A DNA stretch of 55,508 nucleotides, the filler included, from Basidiobolus ranarum (taxonomy: Eukaryota): NCBI GenBank assembly GCA_040143965.1. It is 4 parts of 4 records of this genome, joined end to end, with 100 filler letters (N's around TTAATTAATTAA, not from the genome) between each part and the next. Parts side by side here need not be neighbours in the genome. Positions count along the whole stretch, not along the records: positions 1 to 13,825 come from JASJQH010000457.1; positions 13,926 to 27,730 come from JASJQH010000458.1; 2 more parts are not named here. One strand, given 5' to 3'. Below the pieces are notes generated by a model. It was not told where the DNA came from. It made no database searches and was given only the letters and a program-made list of their open reading frames with translations. Below, one piece after another: positions 13,079-26,902 of this stretch. The number at the start of each line of letters is the position of its first letter. Positions within the stretch are counted from its first letter, which is position 1. Position numbers and translations under genes: made by a program.

Positions 13079-13825
13079 ATGCATTTTGTGATCCCATTAC
13101 TTGCTATTGCTAGTGTTGCCACAGCCTACGAAATTACTGATAGCTGCATCAACCAGTGTATTAGCACGGTTGGGAACGAATATGTGCCCGGCTTTTCATT
13201 GGAACAGGACAGTAGTACGTTTAAGGAGAGCCAGTATTGTTATTGCGATAAGAGCTACCCACAAGGCGTAAAACTCAACAACGATCTGACAAGTTGTTTT
13301 AGGGCGAATTGCAATCCCATTGCAATGATTGATTTCATAATGTTGAAGCCATTAATTTGCGCAGTAGTTGTGACCACTACGGAAGCTTCAACATCAAGAA
13401 CTACCGAGATTACTACATCTACTGAGTATAAGGAGACTACTACTACATCAGTATCAACTTCAAATTCAGAAACTACTGTACTTCCTACTGACTCTGAAAG
13501 CACTAAATCTCTGTCAACTACAGATACTACAGACACTCCAATATCAACAGAGACTACGGAGATTAACACGCTGACCGAGTCGACGGAGACTGATACTCCA
13601 GCATCGACCGAGACTATGGAGACTGACATGCCTACAGACGCTACGAAAACTAACACTCCAACATCAACAGAGAATACGGAGACCGACACTTCAACATCTA
13701 CGGAGATTACTACCACACCAGTACCAACTACAGACTCTGAAAGCACTCAATCTCAGTCAACTACAGATTCTACGGACGCTCCAATGTCAACAGAGAATAC
13801 GGAGACCGACACTTCAACATCTACG
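13079..13825 (+). CDS. Secreted Cys-rich domain plus Thr/Ser-rich mucin-like stalk (cell-wall protein), truncated at contig end
   Basis: Signal peptide MHFVIPLLAIASVATA; Cys-rich N-domain (CINQC..YCYCD..SCFRANC); repeated STENTETDT units; TATATAAA at about 13035. Confidence 0.8.
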
Positions 13826-13925
13826 NNNNNNNNNNNNNNNNNNNNNNNNNNNNNNNNNNNNNNNNNNNNTTAATTAATTAANNNNNNNNNNNNNNNNNNN
13901 NNNNNNNNNNNNNNNNNNNNNNNNN
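13826..13925. other. Artificial contig linker (N-run containing TTAATTAATTAA)
   Basis: 100 bp; the central 12-mer gives stop codons in all six frames. Confidence 0.99.
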
Positions 13926-14069
13926 GGATAGTGCCATATTGTTCCTTATAGTGTCCGATCAAGTGTTATAGGACCCAGCCATGGTAATTGACAGATCGCG
14001 CCAGATGGTGTGCTAGCAGGCTGGATCGAGCGGCACGATCTGACCTGGTCCGATGGAACAAGTCTAGCA

Positions 14070-15705
14070 ATGTTGCCTAATTTTCTATGCCAGGTTCAAC
14101 AGCTTATTTCACCGGTTTTAGCCAAGTTTGCATGCTCAAAATGCAGTTGTTGCTTTCAAGCTTGCATAAGTTTTTAGTTTTGATCCCTGTGGCTAATTTG
14201 TGTTATTCTATATGTGATAGTGGATCCAGCCTTGCTAAACACAACATTTAGTGCTTTAATTGTTGCTTGGCTCACTTGGAGTAGATCCTTAGCTATTGCA
14301 TGGTGCATTGAGTACATCATCCAATTTTGCAGATGGTGAAGCTGAATTTTGGTTTAAATAAAGTACAACAGCACCCTCACCAACTGCATCTAGTGCATAG
14401 TCATGACCTAAGAAGACTTTCCTTATTTCCATTGGTTTTAAGCTGGAAAACCAATCTTTCCTGTTTGACATATGCTAGGAAGCTCCTGACTCAATGTAAC
14501 ATGTTCTGAGTCTTCTTTATTAGGTACTGATAGGATAGACACAAATAGATGATCTCTATCAGTGCTTACTTGTTTTGCTTGTTACAATTTTAACTTTTTG
14601 GCAAAAATCCTATTTTTGCAGTTTTTGATTAAATGGCCTGGTTTGTTGCAATACTTGTAGATGATTGATAACCTATTAGGGGCACCATTATTAAAGCCTG
14701 TTTGATGCTTTACAGCTCTAAAAAGTAAATATTCTGCATTATTTTGTTGAAAATTTGATCTCCTTATTTCCTCATTCAATAGCCATGCACCAACATATTG
14801 CATTGTTAATAGCTCTGATCTTGATTCTAGAGCAGTTATGAGGTTCCCAAACTTGTCTGGTAGGCTCTCAAGTAATGTCATTACTAAGTCAACTTATTTA
14901 GAGGTGCCCCAATGGAAGAGAGCTGATTTCCCGTATTTTTTTGCCATTTTATATGACTAAACATAAAATCATCAAAATTTAAGTGAATTGAGAATAATTT
15001 TCACCTAAGATATAGCCTATTAGCCACACATTTAGTCTCATATAGTCACTCAAGTGTTTACCAAGCACTTTGGGTGTTTTTGGCTGACTGTATGTGCCTC
15101 AATTAAGAGTCTTTGATACGTAGACAAAGTGTAGAGAGTTCTTTCCTCTGCTTCTGGTGAAAGACAAGTATAGCTTCTGGTGGTCCCTTTTGCTCTCTTT
15201 CTTCCCCAGTTACAAATCCCCAAAGGTCCTTGTCTTCTAGCACCATTTGCATCTTTAACTTCCAAAGGCGAGAGTGTTCACCATCAAACTTCTCTGTAGA
15301 TGCAAAAACATTGGTTATAGTACCAGTAGACATACCTTTAACAGCTATCTTGGGGCTCACAATCTGATAAAAGTGTGTAGGGGACTTGCAAGTATTTTGG
15401 GCAAGATTTGAATTTGTGAATTAGACAATTGAGTTTTATTAAATTGAATATGTCCTATTCAATGGTTACAATGAAATAGAGCCATTGGATGTGCTTAGAT
15501 CATAACAAACATGCCTATAAAGCATGGGTGAAAATCTGAGGTGATTTGAGAAAATAGTGAAAATTGGTAAAAGTGATCAAATGGATATATCTGTCAATTA
15601 GAGCAATAAACGCCAGTTTTTGAATCACAGAATTGAGTACTAAATAATCAGATTATGAATAAACTAACAACTACATAATGAGCTGCTATTTACCTAATTT
15701 CAACA
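14070..15705 (-). mobile_element. Ty1/copia element A: 5' LTR (15365-15705), PBS, gag, protease; truncated before integrase
   Basis: LTR TGTTGAAATTAGG...TTTTATCA on the minus strand. Gag WKLKMQMVLEDKDLWG, LLESLPDKF, zinc-knuckle remnant KYCNKPGHLIKNC. Protease DSGAS-HMS. Stops and frameshifts present. Confidence 0.9.
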
Positions 15706-18700
15706 TAATTCACAAATTCAAATCTTGTCCAAAAACACTTTTATCAGGGTATGAGCATCAAGCTAGCTGTTAAAGGAATGTCTACCAGTACTATTACCAA
15801 TGTTTTTGCATCCCCAGAGAAGTTTGATGGCAAAGACTTTCACCTTTGGAAGTTCAAGAAGCAAATGGTGCTAGAAGACCAGGACCTCCGGGGATTTATT
15901 ACATGAGAAGAAATAGAGCCAAAGGGACCAACAGAAGCTATCCTTGCCTTTCACCAGAAGCAGAGGAAAGCACTCTGTACACTTTGTATTAATCTCAGAG
16001 ACTCTCAATTGAGGCACATACAATCAGTCAGAAGTATCCAAAATGCTTGTCAAACACTTGAGGGACTATATGAGACCAAAGGTCTGGCTAATAGGCTATA
16101 TCTTAGGTGAAAATTATTCACAATTCAGGTGAATTCTGATGATTATGAGCTTAATCATATATATTGGATAAAATCTATGGCTGATCAGCTCTCATCCATT
16201 GGGGCACCTCTAAATGAAGATGACTTAGTAATGACACTACTTGGGAGGCTGCCAGAAGTGTTCATGAACCTCATATATTTCTTAAAATCAAGATCAGTGC
16301 CATCAACAATCAAATATCTTGATGCTGGACTTTTGAATGAGGTATTAAGGAGATCTCATTCCCAGCAAAATATTGCAGAATAGGCATTTTTTGGTGCTGT
16401 AAAACATCTAACAGGCTTCAATAACGGTGCCCCTAAGAGGAAATCAATTATCTCAAGTATTGCAAGAAACTAGGCCATTTAATCAAAGATTATAGAAAAA
16501 CAACTTTTGCCATAAAGCTAAGATTGGAACAAGCATATCAAGTAAGCTCAGATAGGGATCATATATTTGTGTCTGCCCTATCAGTAACTACTAAGAAGAA
16601 TCAGAAGCGTAGTACAACAATTTTCAAGCTTCTCAGCATATGTCAAACCAGAAAATTTGGTTTCCTAGCTTAAAACCAATCCAAACAAGGAAAGTCTACT
16701 TGAGTGATTATTTTGCACTAGATGCAGTTGGTAAGGGTACAATTGTGCTCAATTTAGACCAAAATTCAGCTACACCATCTGCAAAATTAGATGCTGTACT
16801 AAATGTACCAAATATAGCCAAGAATCTACTCTCTGTACGCCTGGTAAGTACTCAAGGACTAAATTTAGTGTTCAGCCAGGCTGGATGCACCATCACAGTT
16901 CAGGATAATAGCAAGATAGCTACTGGGATCAAAACCCCACACATACACAATATGGAAATTAACAAATTGAATTTGGCCAATGCAACCTTGGCCAAAACTG
17001 GTGACATATGTTGTCAAATTTAGCATATAAGATTAGGCCATATTGGGGAACAATAAGCTTGTTTCAAGTTTAGAAAGTGAAAATATCACTAAATTGGATC
17101 ATTGTTAAGATTGCATATATGGAAAACTTCACAGACAGACATTTTCATGCTCTGTAGAGATCTAATCCGCTCCATATTCTGTCCTGATTCATTCTGTCCT
17201 ATGTGGGCCCTTGAAACATGTCTCACTAAATGGGAAAAGGTACTTTACGATCTTTATTGCTGATAAAGCAAGATAGACTTTGGTATTCTTTCTCAAATCA
17301 AAATCCAAACCCTTACTACACTCAAGCACAACAAAGCAATGGTGGAGAAAGCATCAGCACAACAAATAAGGGTATTAAGGAGTGAACATGGTGCACAATA
17401 CTGCTCAAAAGACTTTACTAGTTTTTTTTGTTCTAATCATGGGATTAAGCAGAAAACTTCAATACCTTACACTCCACAGCAAAATGGAGTGGCAGAATGT
17501 GGGAATAGGACCTTAGTAGATGGCAGGATCAATGTTACATGATCAAAAGTTATATTACCAATAATGGGCGGTATCTGTCTCCACTGCAGTCTATATTGAA
17601 AACAGATGCCCAATAGGATAGCTACAAAATTCTACTCCATTTGAAGCCCTATATGGATCAAATCCAAGTGTAGATCATCTCAGGATCTGTGGTTGCACGG
17701 CATATTGCCTAATTCCAGCCAAAAACACTTTCAATTGGAACCCAAGAGCAGAAACTACATATTTCTTGTTAACTGTGCAGGATCTGATGCCTACAGACTT
17801 TTCCATATGGAAAATCAGTAGTTAATAAAGTGCAGGGATGTGATTTTTGAAGAGAAAGGAAATTTGGTACTGTGATGGATCTAAGGCCAACACACCATTT
17901 GATACCAAAAATCAGAAGTTAATTTAGTGCAGAGATGTGAATTTCAATCAAAAGGAGATTTTTCACCTCAAATCATAGTTCTTGATCCAGAAAACACAAT
18001 CAGCACTATTCAAGAACTGTCTGACACAATTCCAGCTGTATCTGAGCATATTTGACCAAAATTCCAGTCCTGATTACATGAGAGAATGATTCAGGGCCCA
18101 GATGATCATCCAGAAGAGGAAATACACCAGGCCACTAGTGGAACACTTCTAATAATGATACATATGCTTGGGCCGCATTAATGACATACCCCAGACTCTA
18201 GATCAAGCTCCGCTGTGTCCAGAATCAAAGTTATAGGAAAAAGCAATGTCTGTTGAGTTTTTCTTTAGTTCGGGACAATGAAACATGGGTTTGAAGTCTG
18301 CTAATGTCAGGGAGAAAGCCAATAGGTTGAAAATAGGTCTACAAAGTCAAGAACCAAGCTGATGAATCCATACAAAGGTACAAAGCAAGAATAGTTGCAA
18401 AAGGTGATTCCAAGACTGCAGGAGTTGATTTATTGAAACCTTTGCTCCTGTAGCTAAGTTTAGCTCAATTAGATCAATCCTAGCACTCTCAGCCATCCAT
18501 AACCATGATTTACATCAAGTGGATGTAAAAACAGCCTTTCCAAATTGATCTCTAAAAGAAGTGATCTATGTGGAGCAACCAGATGGGTTTATTGACCCAA
18601 AACATCTTGATGTGGTCTGCAAACTGCACAAATTGCTATATGGACACAAGTAAGCACCCTAGGCATGGAACAACAAGTTAGATACCTACTTGGAATAACT

Positions 18701-19731
18701 AGAATTCCAAAAATGCACAGTAGATCACAGTATTTACACCAAAGCAACTGGAAATAGGATCCTTATCTAGGCACTATACATGGACAACTTGATTATAGTC
18801 ACAAGTGATATAGTAGCACTTAATCAGACAGAAAACAGCTTATTCAACCCATTTCAGATGACTGTAATGAGTGAATTGAGTTATTTTCTTGGAATCCAAA
18901 TCAAGCAAGATAAACCCAATCAGAAAATCATGCTGAATCAGTCAAGATATATGCTAGATATCCTAAAACACTTCAACATGGAGAATAGCAAGCCTGTATT
19001 GGCACCACTGGATCCCAATGTGAAATTAATCAAAATATCATCCAGCTTGGCCTAAAATGACTCAAATCAAAGCCAGAAGTAACCTTGTCAATCAAGACTG
19101 AGGATTCATGAAAAATTTTGCTATTACTGTATTTGAAGATAAGCAAAAATGTATTTCCTTAGCTAAAATCCCACTATTTCATGCTAGAACAAAACATACA
19201 GATATTAAGCATCAATTTATTGAAGAAGCAATAAAGAATGATACAATTGAACTTGCCTATTGCCCTACTGAAGAAATGATTGCTGACATCTAATCCAAAC
19301 CTTAAGCTAAAGCACAATTTGAATTATTAAGATACAAGTGAGGTTTCAGAGAAATACAAAATAATTAGTTGTGTAAGAATGTTGAAATTAGATAAATAAC
19401 AACTCATTATTTAATAGTTTACTTATTCCTATTCTGATGATTTAGCATTCAATTTTGTCATTGGATAATGTGTATTTATTGCTCTAATTGATAGAAATAT
19501 CAATTACATCACCTTTATCAATTTTCATTATTTACTAAAAACTTCTCCAAATCACCTCAAGTTTTCACCCATGTTCACCAGGCATGTTTGTTATGATCAA
19601 ACCATGTCCAATCGTTCTGTTTCATAGTTGACAATAAATAGTACATATTCAATATAATAAAACGTAAGTGTCTAACTCACCAAGCCTAATCTTGACCAAA
19701 ACACATACTAATCCCCTTAACAATTTTATCA
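15706..19731 (+). mobile_element. Ty1/copia element B: 5' LTR remnant (15706-15746), PBS, degenerate gag-pol with internal RT/RNaseH deletion, 3' LTR (19380-19731)
   Basis: Integrase LRSEHGAQY, PYTPQQNGVAECGNRTL; RT LHQVDVKTAF, LYMDNLII; RNaseH FHARTKHTDIKHQF, YCPTEEMIADI. LTR bounded by TG...CA. Numerous stops. Confidence 0.92.
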
Positions 19732-19811
19732 GGTTGTGAGCTCCAGGCTAGCTGTTAAATGATTGTCTACCAGTATAATTACCAATGTTTTTGCATCCAC
19801 AAAGAAGTTTG

Positions 19812-20163
19812 TGATAAAAGTGTTTAGGGTATTTGGAAGTGTTTTGGGCAAGACTTGGATTTGTGAATTAGACACTTAAGTTTTATTGAATAGAATATCT
19901 ACTATTTGTAGTGAACTATGAATTAGAACCATTGGACATGCTTTGATCATAAGAAACATGCCTGCTGAACATGGGTGAAGATTTGAGGTGATTTGGAGAA
20001 GTTTTGAGAAAATAATCAAAATTGGTAAAAGTGATCTAAGTGATATTTCTGTCAATCAGATTAATAAACACATGTTTTTCAATGACAAAATTGAGTGCTA
20101 AATAATCTGAATATGAATAAACAAACTATTAAATTATGAGTTGCTATTTACCTAACTTCAACA
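19812..20163 (-). mobile_element. Copia family-1 LTR (352 bp) interrupting a PBS plus gag start that follows element B
   Basis: Same LTR sequence as 22534-22885 and 15365-15705. No matching TSD (gtttg / aatat). Confidence 0.88.
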
Positions 20164-20300
20164 AATATATTTGTCCAACACTGACTCACATTGGCAGATC
20201 TCAGGCAGATACAGCAACTGTGTGAAGATTTTGTAATTGGATATGAGAAACGTTATTACAGGTTTAGAGAAGATGGGCTGAATGTCAATCCATGGACATA
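20164..20300 (+). mobile_element. Possible CACTA (Tnp2-like) transposase fragment
   Basis: LTLADLRQIQQLCEDFVIGYEKRYYRFREDGL resembles the FVxxYExxYY segment preceding the HxxxH motif of fungal CACTA transposases. Short and degraded. Confidence 0.35.
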
Positions 20301-21039
20301 GACTATGTAACTCTATAATTTAGACTAATTTGTTTGTGTGATAACCTGACAGGATTTTCAGGAAAGCTGCAAGACAGACTTCTTGCTGAGATAGATTGAG
20401 ATATGCAGTATTATTGTCTTAGCCACTGAGTAATCTTTTCAAGCACTGACCCATCTACTTGTGGTAGGACATTTGTTAACTACAAGTTGGGGAGATTTTT
20501 GCTGAATTCTTTACAGAAACATGCCATAATCCAAGAGCTTATTCTGATTGTGTATGACAACATGAGTCAGCTGTTTGCCAAGTGTCAGTATTTTTCAAAA
20601 TTTCAGATGTTTAGCAATTTTTCCAATGTTAATTTGCTGGTCAAGTATATTGATTTTATTGAGTTATGTCTGCTCAGTCACATATGTGCATATGTAGCAC
20701 CAAAACATTATAAGATTCTTGTATTTTTGGACTCTCATTATGCCTAGAATACAAAGCCTAAAACATTTAAATAAAGGCATGTAAATTAATTTAATTCCTA
20801 TGGCAGTAAACCCAGCAATTTGCCATTTGAAAATAGATTTTTGCACAAATTGCCAGAAATTAAACAAGGCATTGCAAATATAAGGACCTAATCTGAACAT
20901 GTATGAATATCACTAAAATACCATCAAGAGGCCACTGTCTAACCATCAAAATCCCTGAAGGAATCAAAGCCACCAATATTAATACAGTTCTCTGAAAGCT
21001 TTGCAATCCAGAAGGGTGGATACAATACAGATCAAATCA

Positions 21040-22533
21040 AATTTTTTTGTTTGGGTTGCCCAATATAGGTAATATGGTTTTACTGATGTAATATTGATCT
21101 TGCCTTCTCCAACATGGTCATATTAGCGCATTCAGCCATTCCACTATGCTGTGGAGTATAAGTTGCAGTAGTGTGTTGCTTATTTCCATGTTTAGAGCAA
21201 TAGAAATGAAGTCTTTTGAGCAATATTCTGCACCAATTTTACCCATGACTACCCTGATTTTTTATGCTGATTCTTTCTCTACCATTGCTTTGTAGTAGTT
21301 GAAGAAGTTGAGGCTTTACAGTTGATTTAAGAAAAAATACCCAAGTATCTCCTGTTTTCTCATCAATTAAGTTCATAAAGTACCTTGTGCCATCTAGTGA
21401 GACATTTTTTATGTGCCCACATAGCTCAAAATGCATCAAGGCAAGATTCTGAGTAGAGTAGATCTCTCCCAGGGCTGAAAATGGTGGTCTTTGTGGTTTC
21501 CCGGATATTTGTCCATCCCAGGTATCCATTGTTTGATCCCAGCAGCTAATTTGGTATCATATATGCACTGTTGCTCAACACAAATTATAGTCCTTGAGCG
21601 GTTGCTTGGCTTACTAGCAGGAGATACCTAGCAATGTTTGGTGCAGGGCATACTTCATCCATGGTTGCAGTTGATGCAGCTTAGCTTGGGTTTTATTATA
21701 GCACAACTTTGTGCTTACCAGCTGCATCAATCACAAAGTCATCAGCTAGTTATACTCTTCTATTTTGGATTAGTGTTAAGCTGGAAACCATTCTTTTTTG
21801 TTTTACATATACTGCAAAGCCCTTATATCCATGCTTCTGAATCTTTTTAAGTAGTTACTCTCAGGGCAAACACAAATACACAATCCCTAGCTGTGCTCAC
21901 TTTTTTTGCTTGTTTCCATTTAGGCATTTGGCAAAAGTCCTTTGTCTGCAATTCTTAATTGAATGGCCTGATTTCTTGCAATACCTGAAGACAATTGGTT
22001 TCCTATTAGGGGCATCATTATTGAAGCCTTTTAGACATTCTACAGCCCAAAAAAATACCTGATATGCATTATTTTGCTGAGAAATAGATCTTCTAAATTC
22101 CATAGTCAAAATCCTGGCTCCAACATATCAGACTTCTCTGTCAATGCAAACACATTGGTAATAGCGCTGGTAGACACTCCATTAATGGCTAGCTTGGGGC
22201 TCAAAAATGGATAAAAATGTTTAGGGAATATGAATATGCAGAGGTCAAGAAATGACTTTGTAAATTGGACACCTAAATTTTATTGAATAGACTATGTCCT
22301 ATTGGTACCTTACTATGAAATGGCACTATCATATAAGTTTGGATCAGAACAAACATGGCTGATAAGCAAGAGTGAGATAATGAGATGATTTGGAGAAGAT
22401 ATGAGAAAGTAGCGAAAACAGGCAAACATGATCTAATTGATATTTTTATTTATTAAAGCAATAAGCACAGATCTTTGAATGTCAGAATTGAGCATTAAAG
22501 ATCATGATATGAACAAATCAACTACTAAATAAT
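21040..22533 (-). mobile_element. Older, deleted copia relic (LTR about 22210-22533, gag and integrase fragments)
   Basis: Diverged LTR copy; FRYCKKSGHSIKNC; HFELCGHIKNVSLDGTRYFMNLIDEKT; PQHSGMAECANMT. Confidence 0.8.
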
Positions 22534-25500
22534 TGATCAAAGTGTTTAGGGGATTTGGAAGTGTTTTGGACAAGATTTGGATTTGTGAATTGGACACTTA
22601 AGTTTTATTGAACTGAATATGTCCTCTTTATAGTTTACAATAAAATTAGACTATTAAATGTGCTTAGATCATAGCAAACATGCCTGTTAAGCATGGGTAC
22701 AACTTTGAGATGATTTGGAGAAGTTCTGGGATAATAGTGAAAATTGGTAAAAGTGATCTAATCAATATTTCTATCAATTAGAGCAATAAACACCTGTTTT
22801 TGAATTACAGAATTGAGTGCTACATAATCAGAATATGTATAAACTAACTAATAAATAATGAGTTGCTATTTACCTAATTTCAACATTCCCACTCAACTAA
22901 TTATTTTGTATTTCTCTTAAACCTGACTTATATGTTAATAATTCAAATTGTGCTTTAACGAAAGGTTTGGTTATGATATCAGCTATCATTTCTTCAGTAG
23001 GGCAATAGACAAGTTCAATTATATCATTCTCTATTGCTTCTCTAACAAAATGATGCCTAGTATCTATGTGTTTTGTTCTAACATAAAATGTAGTGTTTTT
23101 AGCTAATGAAATACATCTTTGTTTATCTGCAAACAATCTAATAGTATGTTTTTGCATGTCTCCTAAGTCTGTAAATATCTTCCTTAACCACATAGCTTCT
23201 TGTGTAGTAGCAAAGGCAGCCATATACTCTGCTTCTGTAGTGGAAATTGCTCTGGCTGGTTGCTTCTACTATTCCAAGTTATGGCTCCATTACCATAAAT
23301 AAAAGTTTACCCAGTTGTTGATCTTCTATCATCAAGGTTTCTTCCTCAGTCTAAATCACTGTAGCCTTCAAATTTTGTGCATCAGGAGCAGCAGAGTATT
23401 CTAGAACTAGATCTGCAGTTCCTCTCAAATACCTGAATATTTGTTTTACTGCAGTTTTGTGCACGGATCCTGGATTTTTGAGGTAGAGGCTGACAGTTCT
23501 CACTGCCACAGCAATGTCTCAATGTGTTCCAACCATTGTATACATTAAACAACCAGCCATGGTTTGATAAGGGAGCTCCTGGCTTTGATTTGAGTCATTT
23601 TAGGCCAAATCAGATAAAATTTTAATTAGTTTCATATTGGGATTCATTGATATTGATACAGGCTTGCTATTCTCCATGTTGAAGCATTTTAGGATGTCAA
23701 GGATGAATCTAGACTGCTTCAGCATGATTTTCTGATTGGGTTTATCTCTCTAAATTTGAATTCCAAGAAAATAACTTAATCACCCATATCATTCATCTGA
23801 AATTGGTTTGATAAGCTACTTTTTGTCTGATTAAGTGCTTTGAGATCATTTGTGGCTATGATTGAGTCATCCACATATAGTGCCAAGATAAGGATCCTAT
23901 TTCTGGTTGTTTTGATGTAAATAATGTTACCTGCTGTGCATTTTTGGAATTCCAGAGTTTCCAAATAGGTATCTATCTTGTTGTACCATGCCCTGGGTGC
24001 TTGCTTGAGTCCATACAGCAATATATGCCATTTACAGACCATATCAGGATGTTTTGGGTCAACAAATCTATCTGGTTACTCCATATAGATCTCTTCTTCT
24101 AGATTTCCATTAGGAAAGGCTGTTTTTACATACATTCAATCTAGATCAAGGTTATTGATGGCTGAGAGTGCCAGAATTGATCTAATGGAGCTAAACTTAG
24201 CTACTGGAGCAAACGTTTCATTAAAATCAACTCCTGGAGTCTGGAATAGCTTTTTGCAACTAATCTTGCTTTGTACATTACTATGGTCCAATCAGTTTGG
24301 TTTGTGACTTTGTAGACCCATTTGCAACCAATTGGCTTTCTCCCTGATGGAAGAGGACTTAAAACCCACTTTTTATTGTCCTGAAGTGAAGAAAACTCAT
24401 CTGACATTGCTTTTTCCCATTATTTGATTCTGGACACTCCAGAGCCTGATCTAGAGTCTGTGGCTTGGCACACAATGCTGCATAAGCGTATACATCATCA
24501 TTGGAATAGTTCCATCAGTTTCCTAGCTTATTTCTCCTTCTGGATGATCTTCAGGGTCCTGAATTACCATTTGATGTAATTGGGACTCATATTTTGGTCA
24601 AATAGGGCTCAGATACAGCTGGAATTTGTCAGACACTTCCTGATGGTGCTGATTGTGTTTTCTGGATCAAGAACTGTGACTTGAGATGAAAAATTTGCTT
24701 TTTCATCAGAAATCACATCCTGGCACTTGATTAAATTCTGATTTTAGGTATGAAGCAGTGTGTAGGTCATGGATCCATTACAGTAACCAAGAAATACACA
24801 TTTTCTGCATTTGGGTTCCAATTTTGAACATTTTTGAACTGGAATTAGACAATATTCTATGTAACCAAAGATCCTGAGAATTATCCACACTTGGTTTTGA
24901 TCCCTATAGGGCTTCAAATGAAGTAGAATTTTGTACAATCTTGTTGGGCATCAGTTTTTGCTATAGACTGCTGTGGAGACAGATTTAGCCCTATATTGGC
25001 AATCTAACTTTTGATCATGGAACATTGATCTTGTCATCTCCACTATGGTCCTATTAGCACATTCTGCAAATCCATTTTGCTGTGGAGTATAGAGTACAGT
25101 AGTTTGTTACTTAATTCCATGTTTAGAGCAAAAACCAGCAAAGTCTTTAGAGCAGGATTCTCTACCATTATCACTCCTAAGTACCCTTTTTTTTGTGCTG
25201 ATTCTTTCTCTAACACTACTTTGTAGTGCTTGAATGTAGCTAAGGCTTCAGATTTTGATCTGAGGAAGAAAACCCAAGTATATCTTGTTTTGTCATCAAT
25301 AAAGGTCATAAAATATCTTATCCCACCCCATGAAACATTTGTCATGGGCCCACATAGGTCAGATTGAATCAGGGCAAAATTCTGAGTGGATTTGATCTCT
25401 CCAGAGCTTGAAAATTGCTGTTTGTGATGTTTTCCATTTATGCAACCTTTGCACATATCCAATTTAGTGTTATTTTTAATTTCCAAGCCTGAAACAAGCT

Positions 25501-26902
25501 GAATTCAGATCATTTGGGTCAGTTTTTGTTCCCCAATGTGGCCTAACCTTCTATGCTGCATTTGACAACGTAGTTCACCACTTTTGGCCAAGTTTGCACG
25601 CTCAGAATGCAATTTGTTGATTTCAAGCTTGCATAAGTTTTGAGTTTTGATCCCAGTAGCTAATTTGATATTATTCTGATCTATGATAGTGCATCCAGCC
25701 TTACTGAACACAAAATTTAATCCTTGAGTAGTTGCTTGGCTTACTGAGAGTAGATTCTTGGCTATATTGGGTACATAGTGTACATCATCTAATTTTGCAG
25801 CTGGTGTAGCTGAATTTCAGTCTAAATTGATTACAACTGTGCCCTAACCAACTGCATCTAGTGCATAGTCATGACCTAAGAAGACTTTCCTTATTTAGAT
25901 TTGTTTTAAGCTGGAAAACCAATCTTTCCTGTTTGACATATGCTAGGAAGCTCCTGAATCAATGTATCATGTTTCTGAGTCTTCTTTAATAGGTACTGAT
26001 AGGATAGACACAAATAGATGATCTCTATCCGTGCTTGCTTGATTTGCTTGTTCCAGTTTTAACTTTTTGGCAAAAATCCTATTTTTGCAGTGCTTGATTA
26101 AATAGCCTGGTTTGTTGCAATACTTGTAGATGATTGATAACCTATTAGGGGCACCATTATTAAAGCCTGTTTGATGCTTTACAGCTCCAAAAAGTAAAAA
26201 TTCTGCATTATTTTGTTGAGAATTTGATGTCCTTATTTCCTCATTCAATAGCCATGCACCAACATATTGCATTGTTAATGGCTCTGATCTTGATTCTAGG
26301 GCAATTATGAGGTTCCCAAACTTGTCTGGCAGGCTCTCAAGTAGTGTCATGACTAAGTCATCTTCATTTAGAGGTGCTCCAATGGAGGAGAGCTGATCTG
26401 CCATAGTTTTTATCCAATTTATATGATTAAGCGTAGAAGCATCAGGATTCATTGGAATCGAGAATAATTTTTGCCTAAGATATAGCCTATTAGCCAGACT
26501 TTTATTCTTGTATAGTCCCTCAAGAGTTTCCCAAACATTTGGGATGTTTTTGGCTGATTGTATGTGCCTCAATTGAGAGTCTCTGAGATGTAGACATAGT
26601 GTAGAGAGTGCTTTCCTCTGCTTCTTGTAAAAGAGAAGGATAGCTGTTGGTGGTCCCTTTGGCTCTATTTCTTCTCCTGTAACAAATCCCCAAAGGTCCT
26701 TGTCTTCCAGCACCATTTGCATCTTGTACTACCAAAGGTGAGAGTCTTCACCATCAAACTTCTCTGTGGATGCGAAAACATTGGTAATAGTACTGGTAGA
26801 CATTCCTTTAACAGCTAGCTTGGGGCTCATAGCCTGATAAAAGTGTTTAGGGGATTTGGAAGTGTTTTGGGCAAGATTTGGATTTGTGAATTAAACACTT
26901 AG
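22534..26902 (-). mobile_element. Ty1/copia element C, near full length: truncated 5' LTR (26835-about 26902), PBS, gag-PR-IN-RT-RNaseH, PPT, 3' LTR (22534-22885)
   Basis: Domain order [91 protein letters not shown] immediately before the 3' LTR. Inactivated by stops and frameshifts. Confidence 0.95.
26821..26834 (-). promoter_or_regulatory. Primer-binding site complementary to the tRNAiMet anticodon arm (half-tRNA type), overlapping the gag ATG
   Basis: LTR end TTTTATCA is followed directly by GGCTATGAGCCCCA. Other copies: 15747 GGGTATGAGCATC, 19732 GGTTGTGAGCTCC, 15364(-) GATTGTGAGCCCC. Consensus GGTTATGAGCCC. Confidence 0.8.

Noticed and set aside
13255-13746. Val/Ser-rich minus-strand ORF (likewise 45648-45863 +, 41279-41506 +, 53014-53439 -)
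   Set aside because: Antisense shadows of real coding sequences.
13870-13881. TTAATTAATTAA palindrome as a biological motif
   Set aside because: Six-frame stop linker placed inside N runs.
13926-14069. GC-richer, CpG-containing stretch at the start of contig 2
   Set aside because: 144 bp with no recognisable translation or structure.
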